This document shows positions 21,718 through 33,790 of a stretch of DNA of 64,000 nucleotides, one piece after another (the stretch's first letter is position 1; the number at the start of each line of letters is the position of its first letter). The position numbers and the translations under genes are program-made. This DNA comes from Podarcis pityusensis. Taxonomy: Eukaryota. The stretch lies in assembly GCA_964106645.2 (NCBI GenBank), contig OZ067042.1; one strand, 5' to 3'. The notes under the pieces are model-generated. The model did no database searches. It was not told where the DNA came from and saw nothing but the letters and a program-made list of their open reading frames with translations.

Positions 21718-24700
21718 GTAGGTATCTCAGTCCAACACACACTCTTTTCTGTATGTAGTGCTCCCCCTCCTCACCTTTCCCTCTGATTCACACCCATACC
21801 ATGTGCTTCATTCTGTTTTTTTAGACAATAGAGCAGTTATTCATATTATATGCATGCCAATTCTGTTAGTTTTGTGATTCCGAGCTATACACATGGCTTG
21901 AAAACGTACTGTACATCTAATTGTTAGATAAAGTTCATGCATTGTCCTTTAAGGACAGCATTCCACCTAAACTCTGTAACTTCCCATCAGATGCATGCGT
22001 AAGCACTGTGATTGTGTGACAGAAGCAGCAAAATACACAGGTCATTGTCAATGCAGATTATTGAATACCTTTCGGAAATTACAAGTTCAAGAAACATTTG
22101 AACAGCCAGATTACAACTTTAGCTTTCTAAAAATGAGACAACTCATTTAGAGAGCAAAATTCCTCTTAACACTACTAAGCTTATCTGGCAGTTATTCTAG
22201 TACATAGAGACATAGGCGGCCATTTTTATATTTGTCAAAACTAGAATGCTGATGGAAGGTAGGAATTATTCTCTAAATCCCTTATCAGTAAAGGGACTAT
22301 TTTGAACTGAGATAGAGGCCAGCAATGTTGGCTCCACACGTCTGGTCACTGCAACATAAGCAAAGGCATCCCTAGCCATCTGTCTTGAAGGCTATACAGT
22401 AATAAATACTTTGTCAAAGGCTTCGTTTGGGGCACCTCAGGTGCTCACTGCCATATTCACCTGTGACTTTGTTTGTGCACGGGTCTGAAATTCTCTTTGC
22501 CCTGGGAGGAAAATGAGATTAAAGACCATCTTTGTATGTGTCTTGGTTTGGTCGAAAGTGGCCAAGGTGCCTAATTGTGCATGGGAAGGAGGTTGGGATC
22601 AAGGGAGCCAGATAGGATGTCTTATGAGGATCAGATTTGGCTCTAGCTGCCTGTCTCCAGCATCTGCCTCTTTTATTACCTTTTTACTACAGCCAGTATT
22701 TTATTGCTTTAAAACTACATTTAACTGTTTTCAAGTCATATTTAAAGAGGATCTGCTACATGATCAGTAGTATTTTCAGTCAAATGATTGTTGAATTGTG
22801 TGTGGAAAGAAACAAACTCTTTTTTCTAATACAAAATAGCATTTTCAGCTTAACATAATTTCAGTTTAGTTCTAAAAGCTTTGCGGTAGGATCTTTAAAA
22901 TGTCATTCTTGAAGCTACAGAGCATGCATATTAACACTGCCAAATTTTTTTTAAAACAAACTGTTACAATAAACTTTAACTTGAAACTCTGTAGGTCATC
23001 ACTTTCTCTCTTTCTCTCCCTCACTCTTTCTGCTTGACTCCAGTGTTTTGATAGATGATACATTGCAGAGTTCAGTAAAGGAGCAAATACTGGACGTGAT
23101 CGGGTGAGGGCATCCCACAAACCCAAGATAATTTTTTGATTTCTGATAGCAAAACTCTACTGAGAGTAAAATGAGGACAGTTGGGACAATATTAGTATTA
23201 ATTAGTACTTAATATTCCAAATATGCATTAGCCTGTGAGGATAGGTAAGTATCATGGCCCACACTTCATGTGTGTATCATACCTAGGGCAGTACTGTCTA
23301 GAACATAGAGTTAAATACTTTAAAGGTCAGTTAAATTAGGTATAATGCTTTTAGATAGATATTTGGTTTTCTATAGCTGTTACCAGTGCCATCATAACTA
23401 GCCGAACAATAAAGTGCTTTTGGGTTTCAGTTCCAGTATTTGCTTCATGGTATGTCATCTACACTATATTAAAGCATATATGTACGAGACATTTACCACT
23501 GGGCTCAGGGACACCTTAATTATTCAATTAATTAATCTAAACATGCTTTGGAGCTAAAAAAATTGCCCATAATCCACTAGGTCTAAAGTGCAAAGAGAGA
23601 GAGAGCGTGAGAGAGACAGCTTTGCATGTTCCATGACTTATTAGTGCTGTGTTCATATTTCACAGTTCTGTGGCTGCTCTGCGTAAGCACAGAAACTTTT
23701 GTTGAGTGCTGAATTAAAAAGTTGTAAGATAATTTTTTTAAAAAATCAAGTTCCTGGACCTTATGGTCAGGAAAATCACTGCCAACATTTTGAATTTCCA
23801 AATGTTGAACAGAGAAGGAAAATACATTTATGGCTTGCATAGCACTTTGTCCCTTGCCATAACTCACAAAATAAATTGTTCAGGATAAGAAAATAGGTCT
23901 GTATTTATTAGTGATTATAGAATTCAGCTTTTCTCAATACTGAATTATTTTTTTTTACATACTACCCTGGGCTTACTACTTGTTTTCTACAAGCCTCATG
24001 CTGATGACCTACTGTTTACTCAGCTATAAATCTGTACCCGATGCAACACTAAACACACACGTCCTAAGAAACATCAGTTTCTCTTGTCCTTTATATAAAA
24101 CTGATTTGCATGAACCATACGAGACTGATTCTGATTTTGAAGTGATTTCTGTAAATGAACGGCAGCAAACAGTAACAACCGAAACACCACTTTCAGTAAT
24201 GACGCTACATTTTGCCATCGCATGTTCTGGGTTTTCTTGGCCCGATGCTGTAGGGAAACCCTTTAGTTGTAAAGAAGAGTGGGTGTCAGGGAGGTGGAGG
24301 AAACTGAATTTGGGCACTGATCCCAATCCTATTAGGGACAACACTGGTAATGCAGTCATGTATAGTTCTCTTCAGCACCTCAGAACAAGAACCCATCTTG
24401 AAGCTTGTTGGCTTCTTTATGGGCTTACCATTGCAGGCTATGTCTGTAATGACCAAATCCTTGAGCAAGGAGGTGCATCTGTGAAGTTGAGTTTGGTGGG
24501 AGGGGTTAGCATCTAGAGATCCTATCCATTGATCCATGAAGTGTATGCATGCACACACATGCTCCTCTACCCTTTGTCCTGCATGGCCTGCCAGAGCCTC
24601 CCACTGCCTCCCACCAACAGCATGGCGACTGATTCAGAAGGTCCCCATGGCACTGACAGGTAGAGCTCTGTGTGCTATTTGGAAAACGCTGATCTGTAAG

Positions 24701-25528
24701 GCAAGATAATAGTACCTTGCATGCCGATGTGGAACATATAATGGGATCTCCTAAATATTAGCACCACTCTGTTAATATAATCTTGCTTATTTCCCATGGG
24801 TTGGTAAAAAAAAAAAAAATGCTGCTTTGAACTGTGGATATGGTAACATTGCCTCCTTTCTGCCTGAAGGGACTAATTAAAGAGTAAGACATAAAGAACA
24901 TGAAATAGTTCAGGGCAGTGAACTACATCAATTTCTTGCTAATAGATTTCCAGTTTTTATTACTTTAGGTAGGAGGCTTCTAGCAAGGTTCTGTTTAGAG
25001 CCCACCAATTACTCTTTTTTATCTTCTAACTTGCCTTAATAAAGCATGGTTTGCTGTTGCCTGCCATCTTGCACTTTCTCTTTCCTTTTATTTTCTGCTC
25101 TGTGCTTTGTGACTTTAATTCATAAGGTTTTACATGCATGGCTGTCTTAGTTTTTAGCATGTATTGATCAGCAGGCTAATGTGGTTGAAATTCTCCACTG
25201 CCCTAACAATTGACTTTGCTGTGTGGAACGTTGGGCAGAACCTTAATCTCATTTTTTTGGGGGGGGGGGAGGGGAAAATTATTAATCTGTTCTGTTCCAG
25301 AAAACTTTAGGAATTGACAAGAGCAAGTTGCTTGGGTTTCCTAGCTAATCCTTTCTAAAATGTGACCCATTCTAATTATTTATTATAAAAATATTTATAT
25401 ACCACTAAATCCTAAGAGCATATCAAAGCAGTTTACAGCATTAAATTTTTTTTTAAAAAAACATACCATAAAAGCATAAAAGGTTAAAAACAATTCAAAG
25501 GGGGGGGGGGGATAAGAGCTAAATTTGG

Positions 25529-25650
25529 AAGCTGCCTTATACAATTTGCTCCATTTTGACCAGTATTGTTTACACTGCCTGGCAGCAGCTTCCAGACAGA
25601 GGTCTCTCCTAGTCCTACCTGGAGATACCAGGGATTGAACCTGGGACCTC
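25529..25650 (-). mobile_element. Squam3-like SINE fragment
   Basis: ggcagcagcttccaga...cctggagataccagggattgaacctgggacc, the reverse of a tRNA B-box-like head. Confidence 0.6.
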
Positions 25651-26682
25651 ATAAAATAAAGTGCAAATGTATCATTAAAGGTGCAGTGACAGAGCATCAG
25701 TGAAGTGAAATGGAGATTGTGACATGAAACTAATGCTGGGTGGAATGCCCTCTGAAGTGGACATAGTCCACTCACTTGGATTTGAAAGTGTTAACTCTCA
25801 GGTTACAGATGACTGGGTGATAGTGTCACTTTACTGGACTTTTATAATTACACCAGTGGAAAATTGTCCAGCTGACCTTTATAATTCTACATATGGGTCA
25901 GCTTGGAATCAATCACCCTGACACCTGATGGGGCCGTTGGTCAGTTTCAACATAGGGTCAACTGGCCACATACGATACTTGCCTTTCAGCCTCAGCTGAG
26001 AGTCTCATGCTAACAGACGTGAACTTCAGTTGAGAAAGGTGTCTTGTATTACTCCAACATGAGTGCAAAAAAGAAAAAGATCAAAACGTTGTGTTTGCTG
26101 TGACCGGTTTTTAGAATCCGTTTGCCCTGTGGGAATCTGCTCCAGAGGACGCATTCATTGTACGCCTAATATTTTTGTTCTGCCACTAGACATGTCTTCT
26201 GAATATTAGGCAGTAGGTGCAATGCATAGATGTCATTCTTTATGTAAGTTGGATAAGCCAGGGTGCATAGTGGCCTGATTTAATAGCATTGATAACTTTT
26301 GTGAAATTCTTAACCGTTTTCTGATTGTTTCTCTTTACAATGATACCTGTTGTTGCTTTGTTTGTGCACTCCACGCCTAACCAAGATTTAAGTTTTCTTT
26401 TGAAGTTCTTTTAATTTCTATAAATTAAAGTAGAAGCCAAACAATTCCTTCTCCCACCCCACCCTTTATGAAATAAAATAAAATAAATGAATGTGTGATA
26501 ATCCACAACCTGCAGGTTATACAACCAGTTATTCTTGTTAATTTGGACGGTATTTCTGTTCATCTTCCTTTTCCTTCATTTCCCACTTTTATTCTTCCTG
26601 TTACTCTTTCCTCTTTTTTGTGTCTGTGTGACGTTGATTTTTTTTGTTTGTTTTTGTTTTCACACGGTGTGGTTCTAAACAG

Positions 26683-26727
26683 AAACAAGCAGGAGTGGTA
26701 GATCCTCGGCTACAGTTGGTCGCAAAG
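26683..26727 (+). other. TCF7L2: Candidate additional 45-nt cassette exon of TCF7L2
   Basis: 152-nt AG-free pyrimidine-rich tract, then aaacag|A ... AAAG|gtgggg; open phase-1 frame ETSRSGRSSATVGRK. Predicted from sequence only. Confidence 0.5.
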
Positions 26728-27135
26728 GTGGGGTTTCTTCCAAGGCAGGCAGGGAGATATTCCAGAAGCGAGACTCCAGAGTCAGTCTTACAGAATGCTT
26801 GGTGCCAACTGAGAGGAAGTATCTGCCATATTTTGGTTTGTAGGGGAACTAATGTAAACAGCTAAGAATGAATTCACTTGGTGCTAAAAGAACACAAAAC
26901 CGATTTTAAAATAATAATAAAAATTGCCTAAATGGGACAAAGAGCAAATTCCGCTAGTTAGCAGAAAGACGGATTCCTTAATCGTTGTCCAGAGGTAGCC
27001 AGCACCATTATAATAATTGGGTATAGCTAAACAGAGCCCGGCATAGTTGGTTGATGGCTCTTTGTTTTAGGGTTATTATTTTCCCCTCCAAATAGCGTCT
27101 TTGCCCTTCACAGATTGCTCTCTCCCTATTTCTAG

Positions 27136-27574
27136 GAGAAAAAAAAAGTGCGTTCGCTACATACAAGGTGAAGGCAGCTGCATCAGCCCACCCTCTTCAG
27201 ATGGAAGCCTACTAGACTCTCCACCGTCTTCTCCCAACATGCTAGCCTCCCCCACAAGAGACTCAAAACCACAGACTGAACAAACCCAACCTCTCTCGCT
27301 CACATTGAAACCCGACCCACTCTCACACCTCTCGATGATGCCGCCCCCGCCGTCCTCCATAGCCCTGACTGAAAGCTCCACTAGCAAATCCAGCGGTCTG
27401 CCTGCTAGTAATTGTCAGAACGGGGCACTGGACCATCAGTCTGCCACTTTACCGCAGTCCGCGCCGTCCTCCTCTTCGCTAGCGCAACCCTCGACATCCT
27501 CCTTGCATTCCCATAATTCTTTGGCTGGGACACAGCCTCAGCCACTGTCACTCGTCACCAAGTCTTTAGAATAG
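27136..27574 (+). CDS. TCF7L2: TCF7L2 terminal exon 17 coding part (E-tail RRKKKCVRYIQGEG...PLSLVTKSLE*; M-frame GEKKSAFATYKVKAAASAHPLQMEAY* stops at 27215)
   Basis: tttctag|GAG; (A)9 at 27139-27147; CtBP-type motifs PLSLT (27290-27304) and PLSLV (27542-27556); TAG at 27572-27574. Confidence 0.98.
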
Positions 27575-29360
27575 CTTTAGCCTCTTGTAGCCGTTTTTAA
27601 ATTTTATTTCATTTCTTTTTGTGTCAAGATTTCTCCCCTCCCCCCTTTTTTCCGTTTATATATTTTTTAAAAATTTGTGCCATATGGCTGGCTACATTAG
27701 TTGATGTGTATCGAGTTCATTGGTCAATATTTGACCCATCCTTATTTCAATTTTTTTTTTCCTTTTTAAATATGTAGATGGAGAAAAAAAAAAGCCTCAT
27801 GATTCTGCCAAAATTTTTATCAACAGCTGTTTAAAGTCTTTGTAGCGTTTAAAATATATATATATATAAATATATATATACATAACTGTTATGTAGTTCC
27901 AATAGCTTAGTTTCAAAGACTGATTTTAAAAATGAAAAAAAGAAGCAATTTTGAAGCAGCCCTTGCCGAAGGCGTTGGTTCTTTATTATTTGTATTAAAT
28001 ACGAGCTTGCGAACCAATCATTTTACATCTGGTTTTTAAAACTTTTTAAGGGCACAATGAATGCAGTGCCGCTATTTTTTTCCCATTTTTTTTTCCTTTG
28101 TGTGATATTAACTTTTCTTGTGATGTTACTTGTTATTGTTTAAATGTACAGAAACAAAGGGTTAAAATGTGTTAATATACCTTGTTCCATGGTGTTGTTC
28201 TTTTTTGGGGGAGGGAACGCTACTCAACAATTAAAAAGTATCACAACGCTATTGGACCAGTAGTATTTATTGCTTTAGAGATTGCTTGTTGTATCTGTAT
28301 GTTTGTCCATTTTTTAAAAGAAATGCTTTCCTTTCTTTTTTTTCCTTGAAACATTGTGTAAAGGTCTTTTTTTTCTCCCCTTAGTGTAAGCAACATATAT
28401 ATAACAACTCATTTGTACAAGGTTTTTAAGTTTATATATAAATGTGTATATATATATTTTTGTTGGCTTCTTTTTTTATTTTGTTTTAATTTCTTCCTTT
28501 TTTCTGTCACACAGTTGCCACCAAATGGACATTTGCAGATGGATCAATAGTGTAAAAAAAAAAAAAAGCTTTAAAAGCCATTACATGAAATAAGACTTGA
28601 AAATTTAGCACGGGACTTTTTATCAGTGCTGTTGGAAAAACAGCAGACTTTCCCATTCAGAACTGCAGATGACTTCCCCTGCCACTTGTAGGCTGTGAGC
28701 AAAAAATGTTATGTGCCAAAATTCTCAGTGATTTTCTCCTTTCCCAACAATTTTTATGCTGTATTTTTTTTTTTTTTTTGTTCATCCTGTTTTGCTGTGA
28801 TGTTACATAGGTAGATATGTATGTAGTTTTTAATGTCACCTATTACAGACGTGTTTGGTAGCAGATTGTCCAGAAAGCATTTTAAAATGAAGAGGTATAA
28901 ACCCTAAAGGGCCAAATTCTGTATATTAGATTATTCATAAAATGAAAAATCAGACTGCCACTTTTATGTACACTTACTACATACAGGTAGGTAGCAAACT
29001 TAAAAAAAAAAAACCTAGGCATGTTGATGTTGCAAATTTTTTAAAAGAAGATAAATGCTGTATAAAGCTGAAAAAAATGTTCATCTGTTCATCCAGTGCC
29101 ATTGTAGTTGACATGAAGCGATTGTAAAACTGTCTCCAGTTTTCTTCTCTGGTTTATTAAGATGCTAACTATGACATTTTTTGTGAATCCTTTGAATGTT
29201 TCCTAACAGTTGTGATGTTACTGTTCCGTTTTATTGCTCTTATTCCGATTTTTCATTTCTAATGGTTTGGAAGCCATTTTTGTAATGAATAAATGTCCAT
29301 GCTGTACAGTATCTGTAGCATGCAGTTCTGGATTAATAAAAGCAACTTAGTACGTGCAGA
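27575..29360 (+). other. TCF7L2: TCF7L2 3' UTR (end approximate)
   Basis: AU/U-rich and free of TEs from the stop codon to the polyadenylation signals. Confidence 0.8.
29288..29340 (+). terminator. TCF7L2: Tandem polyadenylation signals AATAAA (29288-29293 and 29335-29340)
   Basis: Two canonical hexamers at the end of the UTR, with TGTA (CFIm) motifs nearby. Confidence 0.8.
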
Positions 29361-32300
29361 TGGACTTGCAGCTCATTTACCTAGAGGTTTTATTTAACCC
29401 CCAGCACCTCTGCCAAGAAGGCTTTTGACAGGACGTGTTTTTATCTGTTTCAGGAAAAGCAGCTTTAAAAAATGCTGAATAAACCAACATAGAGGTTGGG
29501 CAGGTTGCTAAGTATTTTGTGACTGCCTAGTCCTGAGGTTATTTTATAATGTTTCAGATCAGAGGAGCATAGGATTGACTCAAGACCATTTGGACACTGT
29601 GTTTATTCACCAAACACAGATAGGTAATATTCACTGAGAGATTGTGTCTCACCCAAAATACACAATCTGAACTAAATTTGGATACTTTAGCCTCTAGGCC
29701 AGGAGCAGCCAACTCACGTTCTCATCTTGGCCACTGGCCATGCAACAACCTCTGGAGGGCATCCATGGTGGTTCTCTCTGCTCTAGACTAAGCATAGGGC
29801 AACCATAATCTGAAAAGGGGTAGAGCTTCTGTTGCTGTAAGAGATCTGAAGAGAACCCAGATGCCTCTTGGCAGCTTTCAAGAAGCATCTTAGAGGGAAA
29901 GCACAACCACACTTAGGATCCCGCTTTCCATGGTTCCTTACAGTATGCAAACAAAAGAACAAAAAAGGGAGACGTGTAAGCTTCAGATGAACATGGAGCT
30001 TATGTATTTCTTAGATGGAGTAGCGTTCCCTTTTCTTATATTACAAGGAGCAGGAGAAAGTAAATGAGAGAAAACATGCTGAGATGCTCTTCAGTGCCTC
30101 TTGAAATGTACATAATATCCCACAATGTTGCAAGAATATGGAAAAAATGATAATGCCATTCTACTCCTTCATACAGCTCTTGAAAAGAAGTCCATCAGGA
30201 ATCCTGTCTCTCTCTTTTTTTGAAATTTGGACACCCTTTTCACCCACAGTTCTTCCCCACTGCAGTAAATTCTGTTGTCAAAAACTTGGAGCAAATCTCT
30301 TTCTCCCATCTTTGCAGACAAGATCATCTCTAGAATTCCGCTGCCATTCATTTGAGGATTTTAATTATTGGTACAACCATACGTCTTCCTATGCCTGTTG
30401 AATGGAATCTCCAGCTTCCCTCCTCTGCAAGGACAGAATGCATTTGAAGCACATACAGTGCTAAGAATTATTGCAGCCAGGAATTTGTAGATACTTAGTA
30501 GGCTAAATTCAGCTTACATTTTGTGCATTTCAATTCTTCTGACACATGCTTTCCCATCAACTAAAACGCATGTGGCTCCTCAGTTCTAAGAGCTCCCCAA
30601 CTTTGGACACTGTTGTTTGGAGAACAGCACACATTTGAATAATGTACATATCCTTTACTTGGCAGTATGTTGTGTTTTCTTCTTAATGTTGCATTATCTG
30701 CATGACATTATTTTCTCAATAAAAAGGATTACTGTATCTTTTTTGCAACTTGTAGCCATCTGTGAACACCAATAACTCATGTAGCTGAGAGAAGATCTAT
30801 TTGAGACATTAGAATTGCCATATTGTTTGAGAGCAAAAAATGTACTGAGGGAAACACTGGAACATCTTGTACTGGATATTTCTCTCTCATTTCTTAGTCT
30901 TGCACCTTTTTTTGCAGATCAACAATAGATTAAATGGTAGAGGAATGGTGGGATGAAAAAAAGGTATTAATCTCATGTTTTTCCTCCCAATCAGAAACTA
31001 TTAAAACATATAAGGAAGAATAATTTCTGTCCCATATTTCTTACTGCCCTATACTGAAAGCTCAAACAAGTAAGGATATAAAACAAAATAAAATTTAAAA
31101 AATCACCTCTAAACTAAATCAGACAAACCTATATAAATTGGACACACATACATACTTTTACAAATATTATTCTGTTTGTGCTATGTTGTATAGTTTGTTT
31201 CATATTATCTCATTTTGCTTGGCAGGGATGCCATACCTATTATTATTGTTGTTGTTGCTGCTGCTGCTGCTGTTTTAACAATCGTTTTATACAAAAAAGT
31301 AGATTTCAGAGTGCCTTGATTAAATTTCCATAGTGGTATGCCTGGCAAAAATGTAGCAGGCACAACATTTGCTATATCTTTTAAGTGGGAAAAGCTTTAC
31401 TTGATAAACCTCTGCTCTACACAGTTTTTAAAAGCACAGGGCCCTGCCAGGAAATTGTGGTGGCCGTGTTTTGTTGGAGCTTTGAGACCAATAAAAGTGC
31501 AACTAGAACAAAGTTAAGTTCACATAGTGGCTATTTCTAAACATTATGTGAAATTCAGCCCCTTAAGGTTGTTAAGTTGCAAAGACAGCTAAAGCCACCC
31601 TGTTATCTGCTGGTCCACAGCCCAAATCCTCTTCCAACATCCTTTAATTTTGCTTTTTCTACCTGCTTCCGGACTTTATCCCCAACCCTGCTTCTGCTTT
31701 TGCAGGCCGAGGACCACACTGGCCCAAAGTCAACTCTCCAGTGACATTTTTTTCCCCTCCAATAGGGCACAAAAAACTTGTTCATTGCTTACTCTGCACT
31801 CTTCCACTACCTTGCCTTTTTTCCCTTGCCCAGTGGAGTAATTTTATCATATTAAGATGTAAAGGACTAGGGCTGTCCTCACCCACATCTCTAAGGCTGA
31901 TCTTGCACAAGCCACCTGAATCGGGCTGCAGTATTTAATTGATTAATCAATACACACCTTTTATGATGCCCCCAATTAACCAGGCAGTAGATTTTTACAA
32001 ATGGCAAATTATTTTTATTCCAAGTATTTCTAAAAACTGCAGAAGGCAAACTTCATCTTAAAAAAGGCTCCCTGTCTTACATTGTGGGTGCTGCCTCTCC
32101 TAAGATGATACCTGCTACATGCAACAATTTATCTGAGAACAACAAAAGTATGCTCCTCAATTTAAGTATACTGCGTCTGCATTTACGCATATGTAATTGC
32201 TCAGCTGAACTTCACAAGATTAGTTAAAACGTAATCAGGTTGCAGCCCTACTTTTGAGCCACTCTCCTGATTCTGGTATGCGTGTGGTAAAAATTCAGTC

Positions 32301-32905
32301 TTAACTGCAGTAGTGTTAGGCTCTTCTGTCACTTACTGCCAATTGAAGAAGCAGATGTGTACATTTCAACTTTCCTGGATTATTGTTTAAGCTATGAATA
32401 TATGCACTCTTATCTGAAGCAGAGCAATAGGAGTCATTCTTCAGCAAAGGCTAGTAAAGGAATGGTTTTTCTGCACCAGTTAGAGGAGATGTGGTGACAT
32501 TTAAAATATAATGGGAAAGGGGAAATCTTAAAAAGGCATTAACAGACACTTGACAGGTTGGGGTTTTAGTAAAAAAAATCATTAGAAGCCTCTTTTGCCT
32601 CTCATTGCTCACTGGATTCCTTCCACCCCTTGCAGTATAAGGGGGGCACATGAGGATCAGGTTGGATTACTGAGGTGTCCTGCCTCAGTTACAAATTGTT
32701 ACACCAGCTGCCTCCAAACTGCATTTCCTAGCCATGGTCACAGCCCAATTGCTCACCTTGACTTGTGGCAGTGTGGAATTAAGTCAATTGATGGTAGTGG
32801 GTCTGAGGAGTAAATTTTTTTGGGGGGGAGACTGTTTGGCTTGTTCCATAGGTTGCAACCAACACGGGGGGGAGGGGCTTGAGTAGGGAGTCCAGAAGGT
32901 ATTTA

Positions 32906-33136
32906 CAGTGGTACCTCAGGTTAAGAACTTAATTCATTCCGGAGGTCCGTTCTTAACCTGAAACTGTTCTTAACCTGAGGTACCACTTTAGCTAAAGGGG
33001 CCTCCCGCTGCTGCCGCTTGATTTCTGTTTTCATCCTGAAGCAAAGTTCTTAACCCGAGGTACTATTTCTGGGTTAGCGGAGTCTGTAACCTGAAGCATC
33101 TGTAACCTGAAGCGTCTGTAACCCGAGGTACCACTG
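32906..33136. mobile_element. Tc1/mariner (pogo/Tigger-like) MITE
   Basis: TIRs cagtggtacctc.ggtta / taacccgaggtaccactg with TA on both sides. Second copy at 49051. Confidence 0.92.
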
Positions 33137-33439
33137 TATTTATGCATTTATTTATAAGAGTTATTCTCCGCTTTCTGGAAAAAACCCTCCACAAGATACC
33201 TTACAACATTTTGAAATGCAAATCTACTTTCATAAAACCATTTAAAGCCCCTAGTCATCAGCAATAATTGGGGGGGGGGAGGGGTGGCTAGCACAAAACA
33301 ATAATAACTGAGCTATATCCCTAGTCTCATTTATAACCCCAAATTAAAAGCTTTCGAGAACTAACAGGCTTTAAAATCTGCCTTCTTAAAAGACCCGAGA
33401 CATGTAGCCCACCTTATCTTTGTAGGGATTGCAGGTGTT

Positions 33440-33790
33440 CGGGGCTTTAAAGGTAAAAATCAGCATTGTGAACGGGGCCCAGAAATGCAGTTGGTGTGGC
33501 ATATTTTGACTGCCTGCTTCCCACCAATAGCCCAGGAGCCATATTTTGTTGAAGCTTCTGAAACATCTTCCATGGCAACCCTACACAGAGCACATTACAG
33601 TACGCCTGGTGTGGTTTGAAACTGAGGTGAGATTTGAATTCTTCAGTCAGGACTCCCAAGTAGCATACCAATCTAAGCTGGTAAAAGGCACTCCTGGCTA
33701 CCATTGTCACCTGAGGTTTCTCAGCCAGCACCACCAAATGTTAAACTTAATCCTTCAAGGGGAGTACAACCTCATCAAGGACGGATTGAA
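33440..33790 (-). mobile_element. Old L2-clade LINE ORF2 fragment
   Basis: Translation ARSAFYQLRLV...YCNVLCVGLPWKMFQKLQ resembles the L2 copy at 52098. Confidence 0.75.

Noticed and set aside
23980-24516. 178-aa intronic ORF as an independent gene
   Set aside because: Non-ATG start and no recognisable homology; only its CpG content is kept as a weak finding.
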